From the NCBI GenBank assembly GCA_002707365.1, contig PAMQ01000015.1, positions 1 through 64,000 of the forward strand: DNA of 64,000 bases, written 5' to 3'. Position numbers and translations under genes: made by a program. The stretch comes from Trueperaceae bacterium. GTDB taxonomy: Bacteria; Deinococcota; Deinococci; Deinococcales; Trueperaceae. Below the pieces are notes generated by a model, which made no database searches, was not told the origin of the DNA, and saw nothing but the letters and a program-made list of their open reading frames with translations. Below are positions 32,187 to 42,987 of the stretch, piece by piece (position 1 is the first letter of the stretch; each line of letters begins with the position of its first letter).

Positions 32187-32789
32187 ATGAGATGGCTTGC
32201 CTACATCGTAATACTGTTAGTTATCACAGTCTTGCTTGGCTCAAGGCTTTATCCAGAAGCCAGGAGCCTTGAAGTATCGGGGAACAAATTCCTCACTGAT
32301 ACGGAAGTGCTTAAACTGGCCGGCTTAAAGCAAGGGCAACCTCTACTTTGGGTTAATCCCTGGACTCTTCGCAAGCTAGCGAAATCCCCGTGGATAAGTC
32401 GGGCCCATATCCTACGAGACTGGCCGGAGCGAAAGATTTATATAGAAGTCTGGGAACGACAACCATTAGCAACCGACGGAACCAATGTCTGGGCAAAAGA
32501 TGGCACTATTTTAGCTAATACGCATGCTCAAGTATTGCCCGATCTTGTACAAGTGACAGGTTGGGGGGAATCGCGGATCGATGAATCTCTAGACCTCATA
32601 AGGCTGCTAGCGGAGTATGAGCCAAAGGTGTTAAGCTATACCCCAGAAGGCTTCGAGATCCAACTAGCAAGGACGGTTGTCTTAACGCCGAGCGTCCAGG
32701 ACCTCAAAAACCAGTGGTCGGGCTTTTTAGGCCACACTGGCAATCGGATTTCGGTTTATGCCTGGGGAGTTAGCATCGACAATGAGTGA
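32187..32789 (+). CDS. ftsQ: Cell division protein FtsQ/DivIB (TM + POTRA)
   Basis: N-terminal TM (LAYIVILLVITVLLGS), POTRA-like SLEVSGNKFLTDTEVLKLAGLKQGQPLLWVN; position before ftsA. Confidence 0.8.
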   Translation: MRWLAYIVILLVITVLLGSRLYPEARSLEVSGNKFLTDTEVLKLAGLKQGQPLLWVNPWTLRKLAKSPWISRAHILRDWPERKIYIEVWERQPLATDGTNVWAKDGTILANTHAQVLPDLVQVTGWGESRIDESLDLIRLLAEYEPKVLSYTPEGFEIQLARTVVLTPSVQDLKNQWSGFLGHTGNRISVYAWGVSIDNE

Positions 32790-34011
32790 TGAAAAAATCA
32801 TCGTCGCACTCGACATCGGCACTACTAAGATATGCACTGTTATAGGTGAAATAGCCTCCGATGGCGTACTTGACATTATTGGCGAAGGAACTGTCCCCAG
32901 TGACGGCCTTCGAAAAGGCGTGGTCGTTAACCTTGAACGAACCATTGCCTCAGTAAGACAATCTATTTCCGCAGCTGAACGTGTGGCTGGCGTGGAAGTC
33001 AAATCGGCTTGGATAGGAATCGCTGGAAGTCATTTGAAAGCCCTCACAAGTCACGGAATGGCTGCCATTCGGCGAGGACAAGAAATCAGTCGTTCAGACG
33101 TAGATCGCACTATCGAAAACGCCCAAGCCGTTCCGCTCGAAGCCAATATGGATATTATTCATGTAATTCCCCAAGAGTACGTTGTGGACGGGCATGATGG
33201 CATACGTGATCCAGTAGGTATGTCTGGTGTTCGACTAGAAGTTGATGTTCATCTCGTTGCAGGAGCACAAGGACCCTTACAGAATCTTAAACGCTGTGCA
33301 CGAGATGCGGGGATTGGGGTCGATGGCATTGTTGTACAGGCTTTAGCATCTGGGCTATCCGTTCTCAGTCCCTCAGAAGAGGATATCACCAGCCTGCTAA
33401 TTGACATCGGAGGTGGCACAACCGATATTGGCGTTTTTAGACGTGGCCAGCTAACTCATTCTGGCGTCATACCCTTAGGCGGAGATCATATTACACAGGA
33501 CATAAGTCAATGGTTAAGGATACCGCCAGACGAAGCTGAACGAGTCAAGAAACGCTATGGAGTAGCCTTACCCGAAATGGCTGATCGCGATGTTGAACTT
33601 GAAGTATCGAATGCTAACTACACTGCTTCTCTTTCCACGTTTGAGCTAGCTCAAGTTATACAACCTAGAGTCATGGAGATTCTCGACTTAGTCAAACAAA
33701 ACATCGAGCAACGGATGGGCGCTCTCGAACTACTAGCAGGCAATGTAGTTATTACTGGCGGCGCTTCACTAATGCCCGGACTTGATCAAATAGCGACCGA
33801 ACGCTTTCGGTTGCCTGTACGCATTGGGAAGCCTGAGGGCGTCTCGGGACTTGTAGATGTCGTAGCCAGTCCAGCACACGCGACAGCTGTTGGCCTAGTT
33901 AGGTATGGTGTCCAGCACATACCATCAGGAAGGACTGAATCAACTCGGGGGCACGATAACTCTCGGGGAATAATGGGAACCATTCGTAATCTTTTAAAGG
34001 ACTTTTTCTAA
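32782..34011 (+). CDS. ftsA: Cell division protein FtsA
   Basis: IIVALDIGTTKICTVIGE actin-like phosphate-1 motif; start taken at ATG 32782 (MSDEK), which matches E. coli FtsA N-terminal spacing; the ORF-track start at 32758 is also possible. Confidence 0.9.
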   Translation: MSDEKIIVALDIGTTKICTVIGEIASDGVLDIIGEGTVPSDGLRKGVVVNLERTIASVRQSISAAERVAGVEVKSAWIGIAGSHLKALTSHGMAAIRRGQEISRSDVDRTIENAQAVPLEANMDIIHVIPQEYVVDGHDGIRDPVGMSGVRLEVDVHLVAGAQGPLQNLKRCARDAGIGVDGIVVQALASGLSVLSPSEEDITSLLIDIGGGTTDIGVFRRGQLTHSGVIPLGGDHITQDISQWLRIPPDEAERVKKRYGVALPEMADRDVELEVSNANYTASLSTFELAQVIQPRVMEILDLVKQNIEQRMGALELLAGNVVITGGASLMPGLDQIATERFRLPVRIGKPEGVSGLVDVVASPAHATAVGLVRYGVQHIPSGRTESTRGHDNSRGIMGTIRNLLKDFF

Positions 34012-34100
34012 GCAGCAACTGCGTAAATTGAGCGCAGATCAAATGGCTAAGGCCAAATATTTATTTAGGTTAAGGGGTGGCAAGGGTGAGGAGCGAGGAA

Positions 34101-35156
34101 ATGAACGAAAACGCGGTAATTCGAGTGGTTGGCTTAGGCGGAGGGGGCAACAATGCGGTCAATCGCATGATTGAAACAGGAATGCGAGGGGTCGAATTTT
34201 TTGCCGCGAATACGGACGCCCAAGTCCTGGCCACCAGCCTGGCAGATACCCGAATACAAATGGGGGATCACCTAACCAAAGGGTTAGGAGCTGGAGCTAA
34301 TCCCGAAATTGGCGAAAAAGCTGCCCTAGAGGATCGTGATCGGATTGCGGAAGCACTCCGAGGCTCCGACTTGGTATTTCTTACCGCTGGAATGGGTGGC
34401 GGGACAGGTACTGGTAGTGCTCCTGTAATTGCTGAAATTGCCCGTGAGCTTGGTGCCCTAACCGTTGCTGTAGTTACCTCGCCATTCGCCTTCGAAGGTC
34501 CCCGTCGCCAACGAGCGGCCGAGGAGGGTCTCCATCGCTTAGAAGACAAGGTGGATGCTTTAATAGTGGTAGAAAATCAACGCCTTCTATCAGCTCTGGA
34601 TCGCAAGGTCACGCTAACAGACGCTTTCCGCGTTGCTGACCGGGTTTTATACCATGGAGTCCGCGGTATAAGTGACGTAATTAACGTACCGGGGCTTATA
34701 AACGTTGATTTCGCCGATGTAAAAACCTTGCTCTCGGGTGCCGGTACCGTTCTTATGGGTATTGGGTCAGGCCGGGGTGAAAAACTTGCAGAAGAAGCAG
34801 CTCTTTCAGCCACGCATAGCCCGTTACTCGCCCGTGGGGTTGAAGGCGCACACCACCTTTTGATCAATATTACTGGTTCCGAAGAGCTTACACTATTTGA
34901 TTCAACAGAAATTGTAGAAAAAATCAGCGAGGCTACCGAGGTAGATGACCCGAACGTTTTGTTCGGCGTTACATATGATGAAGACGCTGGTGACGAAGTT
35001 CGTGTAACAGTCATTGCAGCTGGATTTGACCACAGCCCACAGATGAAGGTTGTTCGACCTCCAAAATTCCCTAACAAGGGCCGTGAAGCCTACGATCCTA
35101 GTAACTATGATATTCCTGCTTTCCTTAGGTACAATCCAGAGGGAGAAGAGAACTAG
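34101..35156 (+). CDS. ftsZ: Cell division GTPase FtsZ
   Basis: [18 protein letters not shown] tubulin signature, GGGTGTG, C-terminal DIPAFLR peptide; start at ATG 34101 (GTGAGGA SD 8 nt upstream); GTG at 34077/34086 are alternatives. Confidence 0.95.
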   Translation: MNENAVIRVVGLGGGGNNAVNRMIETGMRGVEFFAANTDAQVLATSLADTRIQMGDHLTKGLGAGANPEIGEKAALEDRDRIAEALRGSDLVFLTAGMGGGTGTGSAPVIAEIARELGALTVAVVTSPFAFEGPRRQRAAEEGLHRLEDKVDALIVVENQRLLSALDRKVTLTDAFRVADRVLYHGVRGISDVINVPGLINVDFADVKTLLSGAGTVLMGIGSGRGEKLAEEAALSATHSPLLARGVEGAHHLLINITGSEELTLFDSTEIVEKISEATEVDDPNVLFGVTYDEDAGDEVRVTVIAAGFDHSPQMKVVRPPKFPNKGREAYDPSNYDIPAFLRYNPEGEEN

Positions 35157-35507
35157 ACGAATAGCAATTGATTAGAACCAACAGCATAATTTAGATTAGT
35201 AATGAAAGTTTAAGCCTGGGCTAATGAGGCGCCCATAAGGTATATCTCGCTCTAACTTGTGCTCCGTTAAAACTCCGGTGAACCAAGGTTTCACGAAATT
35301 AGATAATCTTGCTAAGTAGCGGCTCGATTGTTGTCCCTGATTTACTAAACTGAGCTAAGATGGTCTTATAGAAAAGATTCAATCGATTGTAATACTTTTG
35401 ATATGGGATAGAAGGACTTTTTTAGGAAGCGTGAACACTCGTGACTAGAGCACGGCAATGACCAGTATACTAGAGCTCCCTAATATAATCTTTTTACCTA
35501 TCAAACC

Positions 35508-36419
35508 TTGGATTATGGCAAGATGTTAGAGACGGATCTCACACAAATCGACCTCAAAAATCCCGTTATCACAATTGGTAATTTTGATGGCGTCCATGTT
35601 GGCCACCGTATGCTCTTGAACCGCATGAGGAAACTGGCAAGGAACTCGAAGAAGCCCAGCCTTGTCCTAACATTTTTCCCACCTACAAGAGTGCTGTTTT
35701 CCGGTGCAAATTTTCTATCTAGTGCTGAGGAAAAATCGATACTCCTTTCACGCTTTAATCCAAGCAAGGTGATTATGATTCCCTTTAATCCTGCTTATGC
35801 TCGGACCGCCAAAGACCAGTTCGTGCGACAACTTGAACAGTTAAATCCTCACGCCATTATAGTTGGCGAAAACTTTAGGTTTGGCCGATCACGGATCGGT
35901 ACGTTGAATGATCTCAGTGTCATTACTGATCACCTGGAAACCTGTCGCCTACGATCTTCAGGGGGCGACATAGTTAGCTCATCACGAATAAGAAAACTTT
36001 TAGGTCTCGGGAAAATCGAGGAAGCTAACCGTCTTCTGGGTTCTCCTTATATCGCAATCGGAAAGGTGATTAAAGGACAGAAACTCGGTCGGACTATAGG
36101 GTTCCCAACAGCAAACATGGATATCGACGTCAGGAAAGCTCTCCCTATTGGCGTTTTCGCCGTAACTGCCCGTATACATGGTAGAAACTACAAAGGCATG
36201 GCAAACGTTGGACCGAGACCAAGCTTCCCTGATGAAACCCCTTCGTGTGAAGTTCATTTATTTGCTTTTGCAGATCAAATCTACGGCAAGAAACTTGAGG
36301 TCACCTTCTACAGTCATCTTCGAAACCAGGAGAGGTTTGAACACCTGACCATCCTAAAGGAGCAACTAGAAGAAGACCGCCGAAGGGCCTTAATCGCCCT
36401 AGAAACCCTAAGTCAATGA
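35508..36419 (+). CDS. ribF: Bifunctional riboflavin kinase / FMN adenylyltransferase
   Basis: ITIGNFDGVHVGHRML (FAD synthetase HxGH) and C-terminal riboflavin kinase domain. Confidence 0.9.
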   Translation: MDYGKMLETDLTQIDLKNPVITIGNFDGVHVGHRMLLNRMRKLARNSKKPSLVLTFFPPTRVLFSGANFLSSAEEKSILLSRFNPSKVIMIPFNPAYARTAKDQFVRQLEQLNPHAIIVGENFRFGRSRIGTLNDLSVITDHLETCRLRSSGGDIVSSSRIRKLLGLGKIEEANRLLGSPYIAIGKVIKGQKLGRTIGFPTANMDIDVRKALPIGVFAVTARIHGRNYKGMANVGPRPSFPDETPSCEVHLFAFADQIYGKKLEVTFYSHLRNQERFEHLTILKEQLEEDRRRALIALETLSQ

Positions 36420-37147
36420 TCATCTATGGCCGTCAGCCAGTCCGAGAAGCCTTGCAAAGTGGACTGGTTAGGAGAGTCATTATCGCTAAGGGTATAGAGG
36501 CTAATACGGAGAGAGAATTCCGGCGCCTCGCAGCCAAAACCAACTTACCAACCGATACTGTTGCTAGGATTTCTCTTGACCAAACCCTAGGAACTGTTAG
36601 GCACCAAGGTGTCGCAGCAGAATTAGAGGAAGTCTCTCTCGCCGAACCCGAAGCTCCTATTCTTCTTGCCAGAAAGAGAAGAGAGCGCCTTTTGCTAGTT
36701 GTCTTGGATCAGGTACAGGACCCACGTAATTACGGGGCGATTATCCGAAGCGCCGAAGCTCTCGGCGCCCACGGGGTAGTAAGTGAAAAAAGGCGGGGCT
36801 CTCCCCTTTCTGCAGTTGCCGTAAAAACCTCAGCTGGAGCTGCAGCACATTTACCGGTCACCCAAGTCACCAATCTCGTCCGGTATCTAAAAGACCTAAA
36901 AAAACAAAACATATGGATCTATGGGGCCTCAACAGCCTCCATTAATACCGTAGAAGCAATTGATTGGGATCGTGAAATTGCGATAGTAATTGGGTCTGAA
37001 GGTCGAGGTTTAAGAAAGTTAGTTAGAGAAACATGCGACGACCTGGTTAGCATTAAGTTAAGAGGGCAAACTGAATCCTTAAACGCATCTGTAGCCACTG
37101 GCATACTGCTCAATACGATACAAACTAAGCGCAGCAAAAACACCTAA
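36416..37147 (+). CDS. SpoU/TrmH-family RNA 2'-O-methyltransferase (RlmB-like)
   Basis: IIYGRQPVREALQSG N-terminal substrate-binding domain and SPOUT knot motifs (IVIGSEGRGL). Confidence 0.8.
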   Translation: MIIYGRQPVREALQSGLVRRVIIAKGIEANTEREFRRLAAKTNLPTDTVARISLDQTLGTVRHQGVAAELEEVSLAEPEAPILLARKRRERLLLVVLDQVQDPRNYGAIIRSAEALGAHGVVSEKRRGSPLSAVAVKTSAGAAAHLPVTQVTNLVRYLKDLKKQNIWIYGASTASINTVEAIDWDREIAIVIGSEGRGLRKLVRETCDDLVSIKLRGQTESLNASVATGILLNTIQTKRSKNT

Positions 37148-37433
37148 TCAACCTCACCTAGGTAGTAGAGGAACCTTATATTGCTCCCACAAATAAGGTA
37201 ACCCTTACTAATCTACTAGTCAGCAACATCGAATCCAGGCCTTATTAATATATTAACGTTAAACGATAACTCAATAGCACGCGTTCCTATAGCGAATTGA
37301 CTTTAGAATGCCTAATTCTAGATCGACAGATTGCGTTCGAAGTCTTCACAATTACTTGAACCGATTAAAGAATCTTGAGCACGGCCAAACCATCCCAAAC
37401 TTACTTAAGCTCTATTGTTGTAAGAATACAATT

Positions 37434-37853
37434 CTAGCCTGATCCTAAAAGTGTAGCTACACAACTACGCGAACCCGCAGAAGGGCGAAATTCGCATAAA
37501 TAAATACCTTGCCATTCACCGAACCTTGGATTGCCATTTGAAATAGGTATGGTTAAAGAAGAACCAGTAAGAATAGACTTTATGTGCGCAGGCATGTCAT
37601 CGAACCCCTCTTCCTTGTGAAGGAATTGGTCAGAAAACGGAATCTCTTCCTCAAACCATAATCCTAAATCTTTTCTAACTTCCGGAGAAGCCTTTTCATT
37701 AAGACAAATACCTGCCGAAGTATGGAGAAGGTGAAGGTGTAGAATGCCTATTCGCACAGCTGTCAACTCAACTCCGTTTAAAATTTCATCAGTAACCAAG
37801 TGAATTCCCTTGGGTTTAGGTAGTAAGGAGATAGTCTTCTGAGCCCATAACAC
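37434..37853 (-). CDS. yjbQ: YjbQ/UPF0047 family protein (secondary thiamine-phosphate synthase-like)
   Basis: MLWAQKTISLLPKPKGIHLVTDEI...HTSAGICLNE...DDMPAHIKSILTGSSLTIPISNG...WQGIYLCEFR aligns end-to-end with the YjbQ family. Confidence 0.8.
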   Translation of the reverse strand: MLWAQKTISLLPKPKGIHLVTDEILNGVELTAVRIGILHLHLLHTSAGICLNEKASPEVRKDLGLWFEEEIPFSDQFLHKEEGFDDMPAHIKSILTGSSLTIPISNGNPRFGEWQGIYLCEFRPSAGSRSCVATLLGSG

Positions 37854-38037
37854 CCAGATATAGTACCAGCGTCCTCTCCATATCGCGGTCTCTATAAAGG
37901 ACCCTTGCTTGGACAGCTCCCTTATACTGTGCTAGAGTGGCGCCTTGGAAGTCTGGTCGGATATCTAATCTATTACTGATTCCGTTCGGATTTACCAACA
38001 CGGCTGATTTAATACTCGGCTGGAAAGGGTATATATT

Positions 38038-38307
38038 TTGGGACTTAGTAAGGAACAAAAATTAGAAATTGTAAGCAATTACGGTAAGGCTGAAGGTGAC
38101 ACAGGGTCAACTAATGTACAGGTTGCTCTTTTGACGGCTCGCATCCAAGAGCTTAGCGAGCATTTACAAGTCCATAGCAAGGATCACCACAGTAGACGGG
38201 GCCTACTGCTCATGGTCGGACAGCGAAAAAGATTACTCGGCTACCTTGAAACAACCGATTTCGAGGGATATAAAAGCCTCATCCAAAGCCTCGGTCTTCG
38301 TCGTTGA
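38038..38307 (+). CDS. rpsO: 30S ribosomal protein S15
   Basis: [50 protein letters not shown]; TTG start. Confidence 0.95.
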   Translation: MGLSKEQKLEIVSNYGKAEGDTGSTNVQVALLTARIQELSEHLQVHSKDHHSRRGLLLMVGQRKRLLGYLETTDFEGYKSLIQSLGLRR

Positions 38308-38501
38308 CCCAACTTGCCCTAAATCCCATCGAACGAAATCTCACGCATGCCAATATTAGCTCCCTACGGGGCTCCGTTGACCCAGATATTATTGACCGTA
38401 GGCATAAAGGACTGCACCTTGATTTTCGTTAGCCTATCCGTCACGCCAACTGATGCAAAGATAGGCAGGACGGGAAGAACCGCAGTCCGTAAGGAGAAAC
38501 A

Positions 38502-40685
38502 GTGACAATCCCTAATCCTAAACGCTACGTAACTCCGCTAGGCGGACGTGACCTAATCCTCGAAACAGGCAAATATGCAAAACAGGTAGCCGGAACTATT
38601 ACTGTCCGCTACGGAGACACCATGCTACTGGTTACGGCCCAAATGTCTGAATACGGTTCAAGTCTTCCATTTTTGCCCCTTACAGTGGAATATGAGGAGA
38701 GGCACTACGCCATTGGCAAAATACCAGGGTCATTTCTCCGCAGAGAAGGTCGACCTGGCACACAAGCCACTCTTAATGCACGCATTACTGATCGACAAAT
38801 ACGGCCTATGTTTCCTAAGGATCTCCGTAATGAGATACAGATTATAATCACTGTTCTATCTGCGGATCAGATAAACGATCCTGGGCCCCTTGGTGCTATT
38901 GGCGCTTCTGCTGCCTTAGCCATGTCGGATATACCTTGGGAAGGACCCATCGCCTGCGCAAAGGTCGGTTACATTGCAGGCGAGTACGTTCTTAATCCCA
39001 CTTTCCAGCAACTCGAGGAAGATAACTCCACTCTAGATCTGACTGTATCCATAACCCGCGACGCTGTACTCATGGTCGAGGCTGCTGCCAACGAGCTCTC
39101 TGAGGAAGTGATGGTCGGAGCGATCGAGTTTGCTCAAAATGAATTATCACCCCTCATCGACACAATTGACCGAATTAGGAGTGAGATTGGCTTAGAGAAG
39201 CGTACATTCGAGCCCGCAGCTTCAGTCTCGCAAGAAGATACTGTATTAGTAGAGGCAGAGGCTCAAGCGGTTGGGCTGCGGCAGGCCCTTCTCACCGAAG
39301 GCAAAAAAGAGCGCGGGGAAGCACTACAAAATCTTAAGGAAACCGTTCTTGAACGCCTGGTACCAGATTCGGAAAGCGAGGAATATAAACAGCGTAGAGG
39401 TGAGCTTACAGTTGCCTTTCAAAAAGTCGAGCAGGCTGAATTGAGAACAATGGTACTCACAGATAATGTCCGTACAGACGGGCGTCGTACTGACGAGATC
39501 CGTCCTATTTGGATTGAAGTCGGCGTATTACCAAGGGCGCATGGGTCAGCTGTTTTCACCCGGGGAGAAACGCAAGTGCTGGGCGTGGCCACTCTTGGAA
39601 CTGGTCGTGACAACCGTCTCGTCGACGACCTTGGTCTTGACGACAGTGAAGAGTTTATGCTCCATTACAACTTCCCCCCCTTCTCAACCGGTGAGGCAAA
39701 GCGCCTCCGGGGCGTAAGTAGACGCGAGCAAGGACATGGCAACCTTGCGAGGCGCGCTCTTGTTGGGCAAATCCCAGACTCTGGAGATTTCCCCTACGTA
39801 ATACGACTCGTTGCAGAAACGCTTGAGTCAAACGGATCAAGCTCAATGGCTTCGGTATGCGCAAGTTCTCTTGCTCTAATGGATGCTGGCGTTCCTATTA
39901 GAAAACCAGTCGCCGGAATCGCAATGGGCTTAGTCAAAGAAGGGGATGCCTACAAAATTCTTAGCGACATACTCGGTTCAGAAGATGCACTGGGGGATAT
40001 GGATTTTAAGGTTACAGGAACTGCGGATGGTATCACCGCTTTACAAATGGATATCAAAATATCTGGTATTACTTCCAAAATCATGAGAGAAGCCCTTGCC
40101 CAGGCCCGTGAAGGGCGGATGCACATACTAGCTGAAATGGGAAATACTCTTCTAACTCCTCGCGAAGAGCTTTCGCCCCAAGCCCCCCGTATTCGATTAG
40201 TCAAAGTCCCAATTAATAAGATAGGGGCTGTAATTGGTCCTGGCGGCAAGCAAATCAGGGAACTTGAGGCACATGGAGCAAAAGTAGAAGTTGGTGAAGA
40301 CGGTACAATCAAAATCTATAGTGAGGATAGCACCGCCGCCCAAACGGTAGAAGACACCATTAAGGACCTCACTACCGAAGCTGAGGTCGGCGCAATATAT
40401 GAAGGTCGGGTTGTCAAAACGGTAGACTTTGGTGCTTTCATTAACTTATTCCCAGGTACTGACGGGTTATTGCACATATCACAGATTGCCGAGGGACGTG
40501 TAGAAACGGTTGAGGATCACCTTAAAGAAGGCGATCCAATCCAGGTAAAAGTCAACACCATTGATGACCGCGGCAAAATCGACCTAGTGAGACCAGAGCT
40601 TGAGGGCATCGTCGCTCCGCGTTCAGCTCGACCCAACCGCCCTAGCCGGGGAGGTCGTGATTCTCGTAATCGCGGACGACGATAA
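38502..40685 (+). CDS. pnp: Polyribonucleotide nucleotidyltransferase (PNPase)
   Basis: Two RNase PH domains, KH and S1 domains in order; basic R/G-rich C-terminal tail; classic rpsO-pnp linkage. Confidence 0.95.
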   Translation: MTIPNPKRYVTPLGGRDLILETGKYAKQVAGTITVRYGDTMLLVTAQMSEYGSSLPFLPLTVEYEERHYAIGKIPGSFLRREGRPGTQATLNARITDRQIRPMFPKDLRNEIQIIITVLSADQINDPGPLGAIGASAALAMSDIPWEGPIACAKVGYIAGEYVLNPTFQQLEEDNSTLDLTVSITRDAVLMVEAAANELSEEVMVGAIEFAQNELSPLIDTIDRIRSEIGLEKRTFEPAASVSQEDTVLVEAEAQAVGLRQALLTEGKKERGEALQNLKETVLERLVPDSESEEYKQRRGELTVAFQKVEQAELRTMVLTDNVRTDGRRTDEIRPIWIEVGVLPRAHGSAVFTRGETQVLGVATLGTGRDNRLVDDLGLDDSEEFMLHYNFPPFSTGEAKRLRGVSRREQGHGNLARRALVGQIPDSGDFPYVIRLVAETLESNGSSSMASVCASSLALMDAGVPIRKPVAGIAMGLVKEGDAYKILSDILGSEDALGDMDFKVTGTADGITALQMDIKISGITSKIMREALAQAREGRMHILAEMGNTLLTPREELSPQAPRIRLVKVPINKIGAVIGPGGKQIRELEAHGAKVEVGEDGTIKIYSEDSTAAQTVEDTIKDLTTEAEVGAIYEGRVVKTVDFGAFINLFPGTDGLLHISQIAEGRVETVEDHLKEGDPIQVKVNTIDDRGKIDLVRPELEGIVAPRSARPNRPSRGGRDSRNRGRR

Positions 40686-40747
40686 AGGTCTCGATAAATT
40701 TTTTCAACCAATGACAATATCCCTGGATGTAGATTTAAGCGCAGTTC

Positions 40748-42418
40748 TTGCGCAGGAGTAGTATGGCTAAACAACAAACTTTACTGAAGATAATACCCCT
40801 AGGTGGTATGGGCGAGATCGGCAAAAACATGATCGCCTTAAGCTACGGGGACGAAATTATGATGATCGATGGAGGACTCGCATTTCCAGACGCTGAAATG
40901 CTCGGGGTCAATATCCTCATACCAAAAGTCGAATGGCTGGTTAAGAACGCTAAAAAGATCAAAGGCTGGGTTCTAACCCATGGCCATGAGGACCATATCG
41001 GTGGACTACCTTACATCTTGCCTCAGCTACCCAAGATTCCCATTTACGGCACCAAGTTAACCCTTGGGCTATTACGAGAAAAATTTAAGGAGTTCAAACT
41101 TCAATCAGAAGATGTAGTGCTAAAGGAAGTGGGTCCCGACGAGCGAATCAAGGTATCCAAAAGCTTCACTGTCGACTATTTCCGCATGACACATTCCATC
41201 CCAGATAATTGCGGCCTCGTTATCCACACACCTATAGGCCGCATTGTCCACAGTGGAGACTTTAAACTAGATTTAAAACCATCAGACGGTCGCACAAGTC
41301 ACCTCCACAAACTTGCTGCTATTGGTGCCGAAGGCGTTCTAGCCTTAATGAGTGATTCAACTAATGCCGAAAGGCCCGGAATCACCTCTAGCGAAGATGA
41401 CGTGATGAAAGCCATGGAAGAGATAATTTCCCGTGCAAAAGGGCGTGTAATAGTTACAACCTTCTCAAGCCACATTCACAGGTTACAAAATGTCATTCGT
41501 ATAGCTGAAAGACAAGATCGGCGCGTCGTTGTAGAAGGACGTTCAATGGTACGAAACACCCGGGTAGCTGAAGAATTAGGCTACCTAGAGATGAAAGAAC
41601 CCATCGCTACAAGTGCTGATGTACAAACAATGCAGGACGACAAAGTCCTGTTCCTTTGCACAGGTTCTCAGGGTCAACCAATGGCGGCTCTGAGTCGGCT
41701 GGCTACAGGAAATCATCGTAACGTGACCCTTAAAGCAGGAGACACTGTCATCATGTCTTCTAACCCAATCCCCGGTAATGAAGAACCAGTCAACAAATTA
41801 ATTAATAAACTCTACGCTAGACAAGTCAAGGTATTCGATCCACCTAAATACAATGTACACGCTAGCGGACACGCTAGCCAGGATGAATTGAAACTTATCC
41901 TCGAGTTAACTAAACCGCGTTTCTTCATTCCTTGGCATGGAGAAATGAGGCAACAGATTAATCATGCAAACATAGCAAAATCTTTATCTTTACCACCCAG
42001 AAAAACCCTAATTGCTAGCAACGGGGATGTAATAGAACTTACCAAAAATGACCTACGTGCGAATGGCCAAATCGAAATAGGTTCCGTCTACATAGACAAC
42101 AGTGGGAACAAAGCACAGGAGATTTCTCATTCTGCAATCCGTGATCGGCAAATCATGTCGCAAGAGGGCGTTGTCGTAATCATGGCTGTTGCCCGTAAGA
42201 ATCCGATCTTCGAGTTAACCACTAGAGGTTTATCCGAACCTGAAATTAGCTTCGAAGATGAAATCAAGCGAATAGTTTTAAATTCTTTGGATGCTGGGAT
42301 TCGTGATAAAAGCCCAATCAAGGACATCAGAAACGATGTTTATAAACAGGTAGGCCGCTTTATCCGGAAAAGCACTGGGAAAAACCCCGTTATACTTTGC
42401 ACGTTGCTACGAGGCTAA
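40748..42418 (+). CDS. rnj: Ribonuclease J (metallo-beta-lactamase/beta-CASP RNase)
   Basis: VLTHGHEDHIGGLPYIL (HxHxDH), beta-CASP and C-terminal domain; 556 aa. Confidence 0.9.
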   Translation: MRRSSMAKQQTLLKIIPLGGMGEIGKNMIALSYGDEIMMIDGGLAFPDAEMLGVNILIPKVEWLVKNAKKIKGWVLTHGHEDHIGGLPYILPQLPKIPIYGTKLTLGLLREKFKEFKLQSEDVVLKEVGPDERIKVSKSFTVDYFRMTHSIPDNCGLVIHTPIGRIVHSGDFKLDLKPSDGRTSHLHKLAAIGAEGVLALMSDSTNAERPGITSSEDDVMKAMEEIISRAKGRVIVTTFSSHIHRLQNVIRIAERQDRRVVVEGRSMVRNTRVAEELGYLEMKEPIATSADVQTMQDDKVLFLCTGSQGQPMAALSRLATGNHRNVTLKAGDTVIMSSNPIPGNEEPVNKLINKLYARQVKVFDPPKYNVHASGHASQDELKLILELTKPRFFIPWHGEMRQQINHANIAKSLSLPPRKTLIASNGDVIELTKNDLRANGQIEIGSVYIDNSGNKAQEISHSAIRDRQIMSQEGVVVIMAVARKNPIFELTTRGLSEPEISFEDEIKRIVLNSLDAGIRDKSPIKDIRNDVYKQVGRFIRKSTGKNPVILCTLLRG

Positions 42419-42551
42419 CCATATATTCCACGCTACCTACCCCCACAAGCTTCCGCCAGATCCTCAACCCACTTTTTACCAATAGCAACTTCTATTAGCC
42501 GGTAATAAGACTTGGACTCATAATTCAAATTCACCATAGGGATACTTCACT

Positions 42552-42580
42552 CTTGACGCAACGACACGTAGACCGTAAGC
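42552..42580 (+). promoter_or_regulatory. Putative sigma70-type promoter for tRNA-Pro(GGG): TTGACG-N17-TAAGCT
   Basis: Hexamers seen at 42552-42557 and 42575-42580, about 28 nt upstream of the mature tRNA 5' end. Confidence 0.35.
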
Positions 42581-42607
42581 TCGTTAGGCAACTCGGTTCC
42601 ACTTCAT

Positions 42608-42684
42608 CGGGGTGTAGCGCAGCCTGGTAGCGCACTTGACTGGGGGTCAAGTGGTCGCAGGTTCAAATCCTGCCACCCCGACCA
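42608..42684 (+). tRNA. tRNA-Pro (anticodon GGG)
   Basis: Cloverleaf folds by hand: acceptor cggggtg/caccccg, D arm gcgc/gcgc, anticodon stem cttga/tcaag, loop ctggggg, T arm gcagg-ttcaaat-cctgc, encoded CCA. Confidence 0.85.
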
Positions 42685-42869
42685 AACATTTTTGGTGTTG
42701 AGCTAATTAGGGCACATTATATGAATCCGAAATCGCATACTCTTGAAACGCATTTGCTAAACCTAGGCCCGGTTTATTCTAGGCTTTATGCTCTTGGAGG
42801 CTCGCTCGCAAAAAAACCAGAACAGTGAGAAACGATTATCTAGTAGGCGTCAGTGAATTGTATTTTCCC

Positions 42870-42899
42870 TTGCCTTACCATTTCCAAGTTAGCTAGAAT
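42870..42899 (+). promoter_or_regulatory. Putative promoter for tRNA-Arg(CCT): TTGCCT-N18-TAGAAT
   Basis: Hexamers at 42870-42875 and 42894-42899, 12 nt upstream of the tRNA. Confidence 0.35.
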
Positions 42900-42910
42900 G
42901 CCAGTCGCGT

Positions 42911-42987
42911 GCGCCCGTAGCTCAGCTGGACAGAGCAGGGGACTCCTAAGCCCAAGGTCATCCGTTCGAATCGGATCGGGCGCACCA
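42911..42987 (+). tRNA. tRNA-Arg (anticodon CCT)
   Basis: gcgcccg-ta-gctc-agctggaca-gagc-a-gggga-ctcctaa-gccca-aggtc-atccg-ttcgaat-cggat-cgggcgc-a-cca; strong acceptor, D and T arms resembling E. coli tRNA-Arg; anticodon stem has only 3 central G-C pairs flanked by mismatches, so the anticodon assignment needs tRNAscan confirmation. Confidence 0.7.

Noticed and set aside
35157-35507. Possible FMN riboswitch or other ncRNA in the 350-bp ftsZ-ribF spacer
   Set aside because: ribF is not normally riboswitch-controlled and I could not find the FMN-element conserved core or any tRNA/tmRNA/SRP signature; left unannotated
37816-38058. 80-aa minus-strand ORF upstream of yjbQ, possibly an N-terminal extension or frameshifted part of yjbQ
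   Set aside because: YjbQ is complete at 139 aa with a canonical N-terminus; the 80-aa ORF is in another frame, overlaps the rpsO start and has no recognisable features
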